Shown in pieces: positions 34,870 through 54,151 of a stretch of DNA of 64,000 nt. Made by a program: the position numbers and the translations under genes. The stretch is from the human T2T-CHM13v2.0 reference genome, Homo sapiens: assembly GCF_009914755.1 (NCBI RefSeq), contig NC_060939.1; one strand, written 5' to 3'. The notes beneath the pieces are model-generated. The model was not told where the DNA came from and ran no database searches. It worked only from the letters and a program-made list of their open reading frames with translations. Numbering within the stretch: position 1 is the stretch's first letter; each line of letters opens with the position of its first letter.

Positions 34870-36249
34870 CTGCCTCAAAGGCAAAACACCCTTAAAATGA
34901 GATAACTTGAGACAACTCCATCACCTCAGAAGAATTCCAATATTAGACTTTCTTATGACAATTTCTGCTTTAGAAAGATTTGGTTTTCAAAGTCCACCAT
35001 GCCTAAAAATTACCTGGCCTCAAAAATAATATGCTGAGGGGCAGAAACCGGAAACAAAAGTTTGCTTACTATAGGTTCCATTTTTATGAGGCTCAGGAAC
35101 AGAAATAACCAATGTATGCTGAGAAAAGTTAAAAATTCACTTAGCATAGTTGGTATATCGAGGGGAGTTGACTAGAAAGGGGCAGAGGAACTTTCTAGAA
35201 TGATGGAAATGCTTTATATCTTGGTCTGGGTATCCATCACACATTATCTTCTACATGTAATTATGTTTCCATGAAATATTATTTTTTAAAATAATCCACT
35301 GGATACCCTGTTAGAAATACAAATTCCTGAAAGACAACTTCAGAGATTCTGAGTTAAGAGATTTAAGGGATTGAGTCCCAGAATCTAAAATTTCGTTTCA
35401 AACCAGATAATCCTTGGATCACACTTTGAAGTTTGCTAATAAAGTGAATAGTGCTTTAGTTTTAGATAGAGCTGGTCTGGGACATTCCTGAAGCATATTG
35501 GAGATTTCTGTTCAGCTTCAGGAGGTTATACTAAGTTCTCTCCCTTCATTTCTGCATTAAAATTAGGTGGATCCTTCTGCTGCTACCTCTAGTCTCCTGG
35601 GGGTAATTTAGATGGAATAATCATTCCTGTCTACTGTCTCGCTGACATATGTCCTTAGTTGTGGGTTCTCACATGGACTGCTCCTAGAGTTGAATTCTAA
35701 TTTTGATGGCTTACACCAGAGATGCTGCATTTCTTGTTTTCAAGCTGCTAGAGGAATTGGCTGAGTTGTCAAGGGTCATGAGAAGATGATGAAACTTTGG
35801 AATATTGATGATTATATATGTATGTGTGTGCACATGTACATATACACACATATAAATGGAATTATTATTTTCTTTTTGCAACAGAAACTTCTGTTATCTG
35901 GAGGCTAACAAATTTTAAAGGAAAGGCTGAAAAGATAACCATTATAATGACATAATGTTTTTCATTTATTTTTTAAGATTTTAATGTATTTAAAATGATA
36001 AAAATGCTTTTTATATGTATTTTAAACAAAAAAGCAATTTCATGGTAATTTTGTAAGTGTTTGAGAATAATTACCAAAATAATTATTACTAAATACTATG
36101 CATGCATGAAACAAGAAAGCTTTATATAGAATTTAAGACACTAAAATTTTTATAAAGAAATTATCTAATTTAATCAAACCATGAAATTATGGCTTTTAAT
36201 AATAGCATTAATAATTAGCATTTTTACTGCAATTTTAAAAATTATTTCT

Positions 36250-38195
<1,946 letters not shown>

Positions 38196-38778
38196 ATTTC
38201 CCTGATTTATCAGCATGGAATAAGCCAAAAGAAAAAATTGTATCATTTTCTTCTTCCAAAAGTCTTCTTTTTTCCCTCTGATCAGACCTATCTACGCCAT
38301 TCCTGTGATGAACCTGATCTCAGAGTGATTATCACAGACGTATGTTCTGTACATATTAAAATGGATTGTAGAGGATTCTGGGAAGATTGCGCTAGGAAGT
38401 ACCAGAAATCTGTCTCCCTACCTGGAAAACAGTTACACTGGTAGAATATTTCTGATGTAGCTATTTTGGAACTCTGGAATCTATTGAAGGCTTGTAACTT
38501 CCGGGGAAGGCTTAAATAATACATTGTAGTTAATATCAGTCGATTTCAGTTTTTAGTATAGTAGCAGCTACCCATCCTCCACTCTTCACTCCTATGGTAA
38601 GCATCTGTGCAAATGTTCTTGGAACACCTGGCCTACAGCTTGCAGGAGCTAGGGTCGGCGAAAAGTACCCTATTCTCCAAATATCAGGTATCTGTGCTCT
38701 GATTGCTGATTGCTACTTCTGGTCACAGAGGTGCAGAGCAAAAAGGCAGCAGCCATTGTTGTAACACCTTCCTTCTTT

Positions 38779-39498
38779 TTTTTTATTGGCATTTTTTTTT
38801 AAATTATACTTTAAGTTTTAGGGTACATGTGCACAAGTGCAGGTTAGTTACATATGTATACATGTGCCATGCTGGTGTGCTGCACCCATTAACTCATCAT
38901 TTAGCATTAGGTATATCTCCTAACGCTATCCCTCCCCCCTCCCCCCACCCCACAACAGTCCCCAGAGTGTGATGTTCCCCTTCCTGTGTCCATGTGTTCT
39001 CATTGTTCAATTCCCATCTATGAATGAGAACATGCGGTGTTTGGTTTTTTGTCCTTGCAATAGTTTACTGAGAATGATGATTTCCAATTTCATCCATGTC
39101 CCTACAAAGGACATGAACTCATCATTTTTTATGGCTGCATAGTATTCCATGGTGTATATGTGCCACATTTTCTTAATCCAGTCTATCATTGTTGGACATT
39201 TGGGTTGGTTCCAAGTCTTTGCTATTGTGAATAGTGCCGCAATAAACATACGTGTGCATGTGTCTTTATATTGAATGTCCTAGTCTTAAATGTCTGGCTT
39301 ACAAAAGGAGAAAAAAGAGAAAAATGATGGGGGAGCAAAAAGGTGCCAGCCCTTTAAATCCCCTGAAATCAAGTCAGCCTTATAGAGCAGGGCTTACAAC
39401 AAAGAAGGAAGGTGTTTTATAGTCCTTTGGGTATATAACCAGTAATTATAAAACTATAAAACTATACTGGGTATAGTTACTATACCCAGTAACTATAA
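38779..39498 (-). mobile_element. Young 5'-truncated L1PA insertion with a complex 5' junction
   Basis: Tail 38779-38802; L1PA 3' end to 39270 (near-intact ORF2 C-terminus MFIAALFTIAKTWNQPKCP); 16-bp TSD aacaccttccttcttt at 38763-38778 / 39499-39514. Confidence 0.92.
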
Positions 39499-39643
39499 AA
39501 CACCTTCCTTCTTTGTTGTAAGCCCTGCTCCATAAGGCTGACTTGATTTCAGGGGATTTAAAGGGCTGGCACCTTTTTACTCCCCCATCATTTTTCTCTT
39601 TTTCTCCTTTTGTAAGCCAGACATTTAAGACTAGGACATTCAA
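39271..39643. repeat. Inverted repeat, 153/152-bp arms, 68-bp spacer
   Basis: 39271-39423 is the reverse complement of 39492-39643, with 2 substitutions and 1 indel. Confidence 0.97.
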
Positions 39644-40590
39644 AATCAGCTTCATGTACAGGAGGAATTATAAAGTTACCACTTGTGCCAAGGGAAGGTA
39701 CAGGCTAAGAAAAGACCTGAGAAGGTTTTAACACCTCAGATGGGTCCTCGGCACAGAAAAAACGTAAAGCAAATTTTTAAAAAAGAAAAAGAAAACAGCA
39801 AACTCCAGGTAAGGGGGAGAATCTGATATTCAGAGAAAACACATTATTAGATGTATAGTATAGTTTAAGTGTATTAAATGTATAGTTTTCAAGGAAAAAT
39901 AATCATAAGGCACACAAAGAAATAAAAAATTATTGTTCATTTAAAGAAAAACACCTAAAACTGTCCCTGAAAAAAATCTAATGACAGATATATTAAACAA
40001 AGTCATTAAAAGTACTGGCTTAAAGATGCTCAAAGAATTAAAGGAAGTCATGGAGAAAACCAGTAGCATGATGTATGATCAAAATGGAAATAGAAGTAAA
40101 GAGATAGAAAACCTAAAAAGAAACCAAAAAGAAATTCCGGAGCTGAAAAGTACAACAACTAAAATGAAAAATTCAGAGGATTCCGAAGGCAGATATGAGC
40201 ACATAGTGTAAAAATCAAGGAAATTGAAGGTAAAACAATAGAAATTATTGAGACTGATGAATAGAAAAAAACGTAAAGAAAAATGAACAAACCCTAAGGG
40301 ACCCATAGGAAACCATCAAGTGGACTAACATAGGCATTGTAGTTATGTAAAAAAGAGAAGAGAAAGAGAAAGGAACTAAGAGAACATTTGTAGAAATAAT
40401 GGCTGACAATTTCCCAAATTTGGTGAAAGACATGAATATAAATATCCAGAAAGCTCAACAAAATCCAAATATGCTAAATCAAAGTGACCCGTTCCAAGAC
40501 ACATAATAACCAAACTGTCTAAAACAAACAGCAGAGACTTTTGAACACGGAAAGAAACAACTCATCACATATAAGGGAGTCTCAATAAAT

Positions 40591-44220
<3,630 letters not shown>

Positions 44221-44223
44221 ATA

Positions 44224-44443
44224 CAAATGATCCATGACTTATAATGGTGATACATCCCAGTAAACCCATTTTAAGTTGAAAATCCTGTAAGTAGAAAATG
44301 CGTTTAACACACCTAACATACCCAACATCATAGCTTAGCCTAACATACCTTAAATGTGCTTATAACAATTAATGTTAGCCTACAGTTAGGCAACATTATT
44401 TATAAAAAGCATTTTTTTATAATAAAATATGGAATATCCCATG
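44224..44443 (+). mobile_element. MER47A-like (Tigger) element, truncated on the right
   Basis: gacttataatggtgatacatcccagtaaaccc...catcatagcttagcct. Confidence 0.75.
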
Positions 44444-47400
44444 TTGTCTTTTCACTTTGTTGCTTGTTTCCTTTGCTATGCGTAAGCTTTTTAGCTTTAT
44501 GTGATCCCACTTGTCCATGTTTGCTTTGGTTGCCTGTGCTTATCGGATATTGCTCAAGACATGTTTGCTCAGACCAATGTCCTGATTTCCCCAATGTTTT
44601 CTTATAGTAGTTTGAGTTTTCATAGTTTGAGGTCTTAGATTTAAGTCTGTAATCTATTTTGATTTGGCTTTTGTATATGGTGAGAGATAGGGGTCTAGTT
44701 TCATTCTTCTGCATATGGATATCCAGTTTTCTCAACACCATTTATTGAAGAGACTGTCTTTTCCTCAGTGTATGTGCTTGGCACCTTTGTCAAAAATGAG
44801 TTCACTGTAGGTACGTGGATTTGCTTCTCAGTTCTCTATTCTGTTTTGTTAGTCTATGTGTCTGTTTTTATGCCAGTACTATGCTGTTTTGGGGTACTAT
44901 AGCTCTACAGTATAATTTGAAGTCAGGCAATGTGATCACACCAGTTCTTTTTACTTAGGATAGCTTTGTCTATTCTGGGTCTTTCATGGTTCCATATAAA
45001 TTCTAGGATTGTTTTTTGTATTTCTCTGAAAAATGACATTGGTATTTTGATAGAGATTGCATTGAATCTGTAGGTTGCTTTGGGTAGTATGGATATTTTA
45101 ACAATATTGATTCTTCCAATCCATGAACATAAAATATTTTTCCACTTTATTCTTCCAATTCATGGACATGTAATATTTTTCCTTTTTTTGTGTGTGTCCT
45201 CTTCTGTTTCTTTCATCAGTGTCTTACTTTTTTCATCATAGAGATCTTTAACTTCTTTGATTAATTCCTAGATATTTAATTTTATGTGTGGCTATTTTAA
45301 GTGAGGTTACTTTTTATTAATTTTTCAGATTGTTACCTGTTGGCATATAGAAATGTTATTGATTTTGTTTGTTGACTTTGTATCCTGCAACTTTCCTGAG
45401 TCTGTTTATCAGTTCTAGTAGTTTTCTTTTGGAGTCTTTAGGTTTTTCCAAATATACAATCTTATCATCTGCAAACAAGGATAACTTAACATCTTCCTTT
45501 CCAATTTGGATGTCTTTTTTATTTTTCTCTTGTCTGATTGCTCTAGCTAGGTCTTTCAATAATAGTGATTACAGTTGGCATCCTTGTTGGGTTCCAGATC
45601 TTAGAGAAAAGGCTTTAAGCTTTTCCTGATTCAGTGTAATACTAGCTGTGGGTCTGTCATATGTGGCTTTTATCATCTTGAGGTATATTCCTCCTATCCT
45701 CAGCTTTTGAGGTTTTTTTTTTTATCATGAAGGGATGTTGAATTTTATCCAATTTTTTTCAGCATCAGTTGAAATTATCATAGGGTTTTCATCCTTCATT
45801 CTGTAGATACGATGTATCACGTTGATTGAATCAATATCACATTTTGAACTATCCTTGCATCCCAGGGAGAAATCCCACTCGTTCATGATGAATAAGCTTC
45901 CTAATGTATTGTTGCATTCAATTTCCTAGTATTTCATTGAGGAGTTTTGGATTAATATTGATCAAAGATACTGACTCATAATTTTCTCTTTTTGATGTGT
46001 CTTTGCTTTGATATCAGGGTAATACTGGCCTTGAAGAATGAGTTCAGAGGTATTTCCTCCTCCTCTATTTTTCAGAATAGTTCGGATATGATTGGTATTA
46101 GTTCTTTAAATGTGTGATACAATTCAGCAGTGAAGCCATTGAGTCCCAGGATGTTTCCTTTTTCATTTCTGATTTTGTTTATTTGGATTTTCTCTTTTTT
46201 TTCTTATTCTGGCTAAAGGTTTGTCAATTTTTTTTAACTTGTCAAAAACGCAACTTTTGGTTTCATTCATCTTTTGTATTTTTTAATTTCAATTTCATTT
46301 ATTTCTGCTTGAATTTTATTGTTTCTTTTCTTCTATTAATTTTGGGTTTGCTCTTGCTTTTCTAGTTATTTAAGATTCATTGTTAGGTTTTCATTTGGAA
46401 TTTTTCCTCTTTTTTTGATGTAGGCACTTATAAACTTTCTTCTTATTACTGCTTTTGCTGTATCTCATGAATTTTGGTATGTTGTGTTTTTATTATCCTT
46501 GGTTTTAAGAAATTTTTCCATTTTCTTCTTAAATTTTTTGACCCAGTGATCATTCAGGAGAATATTAACTTTTATGTATTTGTATATTTTCCAAAATTCT
46601 GCTTGTTATTAATTTCTAGTTTTATTTCATTGTGGTCAGAGAAGTTTCTTAATTTCATTTCAATTTTTTGAATGTTTTAAGACTTATTTTATGACCTAAC
46701 CTCTGATCTATCCTTGAGAATAATCCATGGGCTGAGGAAAAGAATGTATATTCTGTAGCTCTTGGATGAAATGTTCTGTAAATATATATTCAATCCATTT
46801 GATCTATAGAGTAGATGAAGTCTGATGTTTCTTTGTTGATTTTCTGTTTGGAAGATCTGTTCAATGCTGAAAGTGGGGTGTTGAAGTCTCCAGCTATTAT
46901 AAGTATTGGGGCCTATCTCTCACTTTAACTCTGATAATATTTCCTATATATATATATATCTCAGTGCTCCAGTGTTGGGTGCATATATTTGTACAATTCT
47001 TATATCCTCTTGCTGAATTGACCCCTTTATCATTATATAGTGACCTTCTTTGTCTCTTCTTACAGTTTTTTTCTTGAAATGTATTTTTTCTGATATAAGT
47101 ATAGTGACTCCTACTCTCTTTTGGTTTCCATTGGCATGGAATATCTTGTTTCCATTCCTTTAGTTTCAGTCTATGTGTGTCTTTATAGATGAAGTGTGTT
47201 TCTTGTAGGCAACAGATTATTGTATCTTGTTTTTCATCTCTCCAGCCATTTTATGTCTTTCAATTGCAGAATTTAGTCTATTTACATTTAATGTTATTAT
47301 TGATAAGTATGGACTTGTTTCCTGGTTGTTTTGTGGTCTCCTCTTCCTCCTTATTTCCTTCCTATCTTCGTCTAGTGAAGGTGACTTTCTCTAGTGATAA

Positions 47401-50088
47401 GCATTAGGTTCTTGATTTTTATTTTTTTCTGTATTCATTGTACAGTTTTTAGTTTTAGGTTACCTTGAGGCTTGTAAATACTATAACACATTATTTTAAC
47501 CTGATAACAAGTTAACACTATTAGAATAAACAAACAAAAATAAATAAAAACTCTACATCTTAACTTTGTTCCTCATTTTGTAACGTTTTAAACTTGTTAT
47601 TTCTATTATATCTTATTGTACTAACTATGTCTTGAAAAGTTGTTGTAGTTATTATTGTTGATTGGTTCATCATTTAATCTTTCCACTTAGGATAACAGCA
47701 GTTTACACACCGCAGTTACAGTGTTATAATATTTTGTGTTTTGCTGTGTACTTACTATTATCAGTGTGTTTTGTACCTTCAGGTGATTATTTTTGCTCAT
47801 AAAATCCTTTTATTTCTGATTGAAGTAGTACCTTTTGCATTTACTTGTAGAATAGGTCTGGTATATGAAATCCCTCAGCCTTTGTTTGCCTGGGAAAGTC
47901 TTTATTTCTCCTACATGTTTGAAGGGTATTTTCACCAGATATGCTATTCTAGGGTAAAACGATTTATCTTCAGTAACTTAAATACTTCATGCCACTCTCC
48001 TGTGGCCTGTAAGGATTACACTAAAAAATTTGCTGCCAGATAAATTGGAGCTCCATTGTATGTTATTTGTTTCTTTTCTTAGTTGCTTTTAGAATCCTTT
48101 CTTTATCCTTGAATTTTGGGAGTTGGGTTATTAAATGCCTTGAGGTAGTCTTCTTTGGGTTAAGTCTGCTTGGTGTTCTATAACCTTCTTGTACTTGGAT
48201 ACTGATATCTTTCTCTAGTCTTGGGAAGTTCTCTGTTATATCCCTTTAAATAAACTTTCTTCTCCTATCTCTTTCTCCACCTCCTCTTTAAGGCCAATAG
48301 CTCTTAGATTTGCCTTTTTGAGGCTATTCTCTAGAACCTGTAGGTGTGCTTCATTGTTTTTTATTCTTTTTTCTTTTGTCTCCTTTGACCGTATATTTTG
48401 AAATAGCCTGTCTTCAAGCTCACTAATTCTTTTTTCTGCTTGATCAGTTCTGCTATTAAAAGACTCTGATGCATTCTTCAGTATGCCAATTGCATTTTTC
48501 AGCTCCAGAATTTTTTTTTAATTATTTCAATCTCTTTGTTAAGTTTATCTGATAGAATTCTGAATTCCTTCTCTGTGTTAACTTGAATTTCTTTGAGTTT
48601 CCTCAACACAGCTACTTTGAATTCTGCCTGAAAGGTCACATATCTCTGCTTCTCCAGAACTGGTCCCTGATGCCTGTTTTAGTTAATTTGGAGAGATAAT
48701 GTTTTCTTGGATGGTTTAATGCTAGTAGGCATTCTTTCATATATGGGCATTGAAGAGTTAGGTATTTATTGTAGTCTTCACTGGGCTTATTTGTAGCTGT
48801 CTTTCTTGGGAAGAACTTTTCAGATTTGTGAAAGGACTTGGGTGTTGTGATCTAAACTGTATCTGCCTTAGGGCGCAACTGAAGCTCAGTAGTGCTGTGG
48901 TTCTTGCAGACTCATAGAGGTACCACCTTTGTTGTACTGAACAAGATCCAGGAAACTCTCTGGATTACCAGGCAGAGATACTTGTTCTCTTCCTTTACTT
49001 TCTCCCAAACACACAGAGTGTCTGTCTCTGTTCTGAGCCACCTAAAGCTGGAAGTGAAGTGACACAAGTACCCTTGTGGACTCTACCACTATGACTTCAC
49101 TGGGTCAGATCTAAAGTCAGCACAGCACTGAGTCTCATTCAAAGCCCGCTGTAACCACTCCCTCGTTACTGCCTATGTTTGCTCAAGGCCTTGGGGCTTT
49201 ACAATCAGCAGATGGCAAAGCCAGCCAGGCCTGTGTTCTTCTCTTCAGAGCAGTGAGGTCCAGAAATGCTGTACAGGAGTCAGAAACTGAAGTGAAAAAC
49301 CTTAGAAGTTTACCCCGTGTTCTACTGTGTTGCAGCTGAGCTGGCACTCAAACCACAAGACACAGTCCTTCCCACTCTTCTCTCCCCTTTCCAAAGGCAT
49401 AGGAGCCTCACCCCATAACCATCACCATCCCAAGCCATCAACAATGTTCCCTTAAAGCCCAAGGTCTCTTAAGTCAGTTTGTTATGAATGCTACCTGGCC
49501 TGGGACTCACCCTTCAGGGCAGTGGGTTCCCCTCTGGCCCAGGGCAGGCCCACAAATGCCATCCAAGAGTCAACTCCTAGAATCGTGGACCCCAAAAGCC
49601 TATCTGGTGCTCCATCCCTGTGGCCATGCTGGTACCTAATGTGCAAGACAAAGTCCCTTTTTCCTCTTCTTTTCTCAAGCAGAAGAAGTTTTTCCCTATA
49701 GCCACCACAACTGGTTATGTGCCGAGTCCCACCTGAAGTCACAAGTCTCAGAGGCTCACTAAGACCCTTGATGTAGTACCTGGGTATTGCTGCTGGTTAT
49801 TCTAGGCCCAAGGGCTCTTCAGTTAGCAGGTGATTCATGCAGCCAGGACTGGTTCCTTTCCTTCAAGGCAGCAGGTTCCTTTAGGGCCCAGAATGTATCT
49901 AGACAGTCATCGTGGAGCTAGGGCCTGGAATGGGGGCCTCATGACTCTGACTGGTGCCCTATCCTGCTGTGGCTGTGTTGGTATCCTAGATGAAAGACAG
50001 AGTCTTCGCACTTTTCCCTCTGCTCTCCTCAAGTGGAAGGAAGGGGTCTCTTTTGGAGCCGACAGCTGTCCAGCCTGGGGGTAGGGAA
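44444..50088 (-). mobile_element. L1MA-type element (ORF2, ORF1, 5'UTR) lacking its 3' end
   Basis: ORF2 peptide [25 protein letters not shown]; ORF1 and a GC-richer 5'UTR at 48.8-50.1 kb. Confidence 0.88.
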
Positions 50089-50289
50089 GGTTCAAGCGAT
50101 CCTCCCACCTCAGCCTCTTGAGTAGCTGGGACTATAGGCGCATGCCACCACATTCAGCTAATTTTTGTATTTTTAGTAGAGACGGGGTTTCACTGTGTTG
50201 GCCAGGCCAGTCTCAAACTGACCTCGTGATCCACCCGCTTTGGCCTCTCGAAGTGCTGGGATTACAGGCATGTGCCACCGCATCTGGCC
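50089..50289 (-). mobile_element. Alu lacking its 3' third
   Basis: Starts abruptly at ggttcaagcgatcc, fused to the L1 5'UTR. Confidence 0.85.
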
Positions 50290-50379
50290 TTTTTTCTTTC
50301 CTGTTAGATACTTGTTAATTTGGTGTCCTTCCTGGGGGTGGGTGGTGAGAATCAGTGGAATTTTCTATTCCACTATCCT

Positions 50380-53300
50380 GCTTGCACAAACTCTCCCATA
50401 ATCAACACCAGGAGTTCTCAGCAGACTCCCTGAATTGAGGAACTGGAGTTTAGAGTCCAGGGAAAACAGGCCTATTATAGGAGTTCACAAGAAAATGTAC
50501 AAAAGAGGAGACAATAGCTCAGAGAGAGAACTCAAGAAATTGGCAGAGAGTCCCCTCAAGTATTTAGCACAACACTGATTAGTGCATGTGTGTAAGAAAA
50601 CCAGCCGACACTGGGGAAATAACCACCCAAAAGGATTAAAACAGTGCTCATACTAACACAGAGCAAGAAATAGGTCTGTTCCCACAAGCCAAACCAGAAA
50701 ACTTGTAGATTCACAGAACATTGATTGGATATGGTGAGAGAAAATGTTAAAAAGCAATAGAATCTACCCAAAAGGAAACAGAGAAAAGAAGAAAGCACCT
50801 CTTCCCAATAATGAATGAAAAATCAAAGATCACTGGAACAACCTGAAGCAGCCTAACATGTGTATAACTGAAGTTCCCCATGGAAGAGAAGTAAAGGATA
50901 AAATATTTAACAAAATAACCAAAAATTTTCCACGTGTGATGAAAAGTCAAAGCAAAGAAGCTCAACAAACTCAAAAGGGACATTAAAAAAAATCAATGTA
51001 CACGGCAATCAAATTGTTTAAAATCAGCGACTTTAGATTTTTAAATCTTAAAAGCAACCAAAGAAAAAAACACATGTAATGTACATAGTAACAAAGATCA
51101 GGATGACAACAAATTTCTTATCAGAAACAATGCAGGTAAGAAGATAGTGGAAAAAATTGTCAACCCACACACTGAATGAAAATATCTTTCAAAAATGAAG
51201 AGGAAATAAAGACTATTTAAAATATACAACAGGTGAAAGAATTAAATACCAGCAGAACTGCAGTACAAAAAAAGGGATGAAAATAAAGTATTTGAGGCGG
51301 AAAGAAAATGATATCACATGCAAATATGGGTTTTTGCAACACACAGCACCAAATAATGTAACTACATCATAAATATATTTTTCTTAATATTTAAATTTTT
51401 TAATGATAATTGACCATGAAATGAGAAAATTGTAAAAGTACTGTAGAGATGTTTATAGCATATGTATAGGAAAAATACGTTACAATGCTAGAATAAATGT
51501 TGGGTAGGAAGAAATGAAAGTAGATTATAGGATGTTTCTAATACTATAGGTGAAGTGGTATAATATAACTTGAGATAGACTATAGTAGATTAAAAATTTA
51601 TATTCTGGCCCTCTCCCTCTCCCTCCCCCTCCCCCTCCCCCTCCCCCTGTCCCTCTCCCTCTCCGTCTCCCTCTCTCTCCACGGTCTCCTTCCACGGTCT
51701 CCCTCTGATGCCGAGCCAAAGCTGGACGGTACTGCTGCCATCTCGGCTCACTGCAACCTCCCTGCCTGATTCTCCTGCCTCAGCCTGCCGAGTGCCTGCG
51801 ATTGCAGGTGCGCGCCGCCACGCCTGACTGGTTTTCGTTTTTTTTTTGGTGGAGACGGGGTTTTGCTGTGTTGGCCGGGCTGGTCTCAGCTCCTGACCGC
51901 GAGTGATCCGCCAGCCTCGGCCTCCCGAGGTGCTGGGATTGCAGACGGAGTCTCGTTCACTCAGTGCTCAATGGTGCCCAGGCTGGAGTGCAGTGGCGTG
52001 ATCTCGGCTCGCTACAACCTCCACCTCCCAGCCGCCTGCCTTGGCCCCCCAAAGTGCCGAGATTGCAGCCTCTGCCCGGCCGCCACCCTGTCTGGGAAGT
52101 GAGGAGCGTCTCTGCCTGGCCCCCCATCGTCTGGGATATGAGGAGCCTCTCTGCCTGGCTGCCCAGTCTGGAAAGTGAGGAGCGTCTCTGCCCGGCCGCC
52201 ATCCCATCTAGGAAGTGAGAAGCGCCTCTTCCCCGCCGCCATCCCATCTAGGAAGCGAGGAGCGCCTCTTCCCCGCCGCCCATCGTCTGAGATGTGGGGA
52301 GCGCCTCTGCCCCGCCGCCCTGTCTGGGATGTGAGGAGCACCTCTGCTGGGCCGCAACCCTGTCTGGGATGTGAGGAGCGCCTCTGCCCGGCCGCCCCGT
52401 CTGAGAAGTGAGGAAACCCTCTGCCTGGCAACCGCCCCGTCTGAGAAGTGAGGAGCCCCTCTGCCTGGCAACCGCCCCGTCTGAGAAGTGAGGAGCGTCT
52501 CCGCCCGGCAGCCGCCCCGTCCGGGAGGGAGGTGGGGGGGTCAGCCCCCCGCCCGGCCAGCCGCCCCGTCCGGGAGGTGAGGGGCTCCTCTGCCCGGCCG
52601 CCCCTACTGGGAAGTGAGGAGCCCCTCTGCCAGGCCAGCCGCCCCGTCCGGGAGGGGGGAGGGGGGGTCAGCCCCCTGCCCGGCCAGCCGCCCCGTCCGG
52701 GAGGGAGGTGGGGGGGTCAGCCCCCCGCCCGGCCGGCCGCCCCGTCCGGGAGGTGAGGGGCGCCTCTGCCCGGCCGCCCCTACCGGGAAGTGAGGACCCC
52801 TCTGCCCGGCCAGCCACCCCGTCCGGGAGGGAGGTGGGGGGTCAGCCCCCCGCCCGGCCAGCCGCCCAGTCCGGGAGGGAGGTGGGGGGTCAGCCCCCCG
52901 CCCGTCCAGCCGCCCAGTCCGGGAGGGAGGTGGGGGGTCAGCCCCCCGCCCGGCCAGCCGCCCCGTCCGGGAGGGAGGTGGGGGGTCAGCCCCCCGCCCG
53001 GCCAGCCGCCCAGTCCGGGAGGGAGGTGGGGGGTCAGCCCCCCGCCCGGCCAGCCGCCCCGTCCGGGAGGGAGGTGGGGGGATCAGCCCCCCGCCTGGCC
53101 AGCCGCCCCGTCCGGGAGGTGAGGGGCGCCTCTGCCCGGCCGCCCCTACTGGGAAGTGAGGAGCCCCTCTGCCCGGCCAGCCGCCCCGTCCGGGAGGGAG
53201 GCGCGGGGGGTGGGTCGGCCAGCCGCCCTGTCCGGGAGGGAGGTGGGGGGGTCAGCCCCCCGCCCGGCCGGCCGCCCCGTCGGGGAGGTGAGGGGCGCCT

Positions 53301-54120
53301 CTGCCCGGCCGCCCCTACTGGGAAGTGAGGAGCCCCTCTGCCTGGCGAGCCGCCCCGTCCGGGAGGGTGGTGGGGGGGTCAGCCCCCCGCCCGGCCAGCC
53401 GCCCTATCCAGGAGGTGAGGGGCGCCTCTGCCCGGCCGCCCCTACTGGGAAGTGAGGAGCCCCTCTGCCTGGCCAGCCGCCCCGTCCGGGAGTGTGGTGG
53501 GGGGGTCAGCCCCCCGCCCGGCCAGCCGCCCCATCCGGGAGGTGAGGGGCGCTTCTGCCCGGCCGCCCCTACTGGGAAGTGAGGAGCCCCTCTGCCCGGC
53601 CACAACCCCGTCTGGGAGGTGTGCCCAGCGGCTCATTGGGGATGGGCCATGATGACAATGGCGGTTTTGTGGAATAGAAAGGCGGGAAGGGTGGGGAAAA
53701 AATTGAGAAATCGGATGGTTGCCGGGTCTGTGTGGATAGAAGTAGACATGGGAGACTTTTCATTTTGTTCTGTACTAAGAAAAATTCTTCTGCCTTGGGA
53801 TCCTGTTGATCTGTGACCTTATCCCCAACCCTGTGCTCTCTGAAACATGTGCTGTGTCCACTCAGGGTTAAATGGATTAAGGGCGGTGCAAGATGTGCTT
53901 TGTTAAACAGATGCTTGAAGGCAGCATGCTCGTTAAGAGTCATCACCACTCCCTAATCTTAAGTACCCAGGGACACAAACACTTCGGAAGGCCGCAGGGT
54001 CCTCTGCCTAGGAAAACCAGAGACCTTTGTTCACTTGTTTATCTGCTGACCTTCCCTCCACTATTGTCCTATGACCCTGCCAAATCCCCCTCTGGGAGAA
54101 ACACCCAAGAATGATCAATA

Positions 54121-54151
<31 letters not shown>

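Larger units (their letters stand above)
38370..40590 (+). mobile_element. Old L1M 5'UTR/ORF1 fragment, interrupted by L1PA
   Basis: ORF1-like peptide LKMLKELKE..KEIENLKRNQKEIPELKSTTTKMKNS. Confidence 0.7.

Noticed and set aside
35480-35920. Possible AAA4 C-terminal exon remnants (KFHHLLMTLDNS..RNAASL; YPQE/LEVAA)
   Set aside because: Position and motifs are plausible, but the boundaries are too degraded to list as features.
52070-53620. Repeat array superficially like CRISPR
   Set aside because: It is the SVA VNTR, with no unique spacers or cas genes, in primate DNA.
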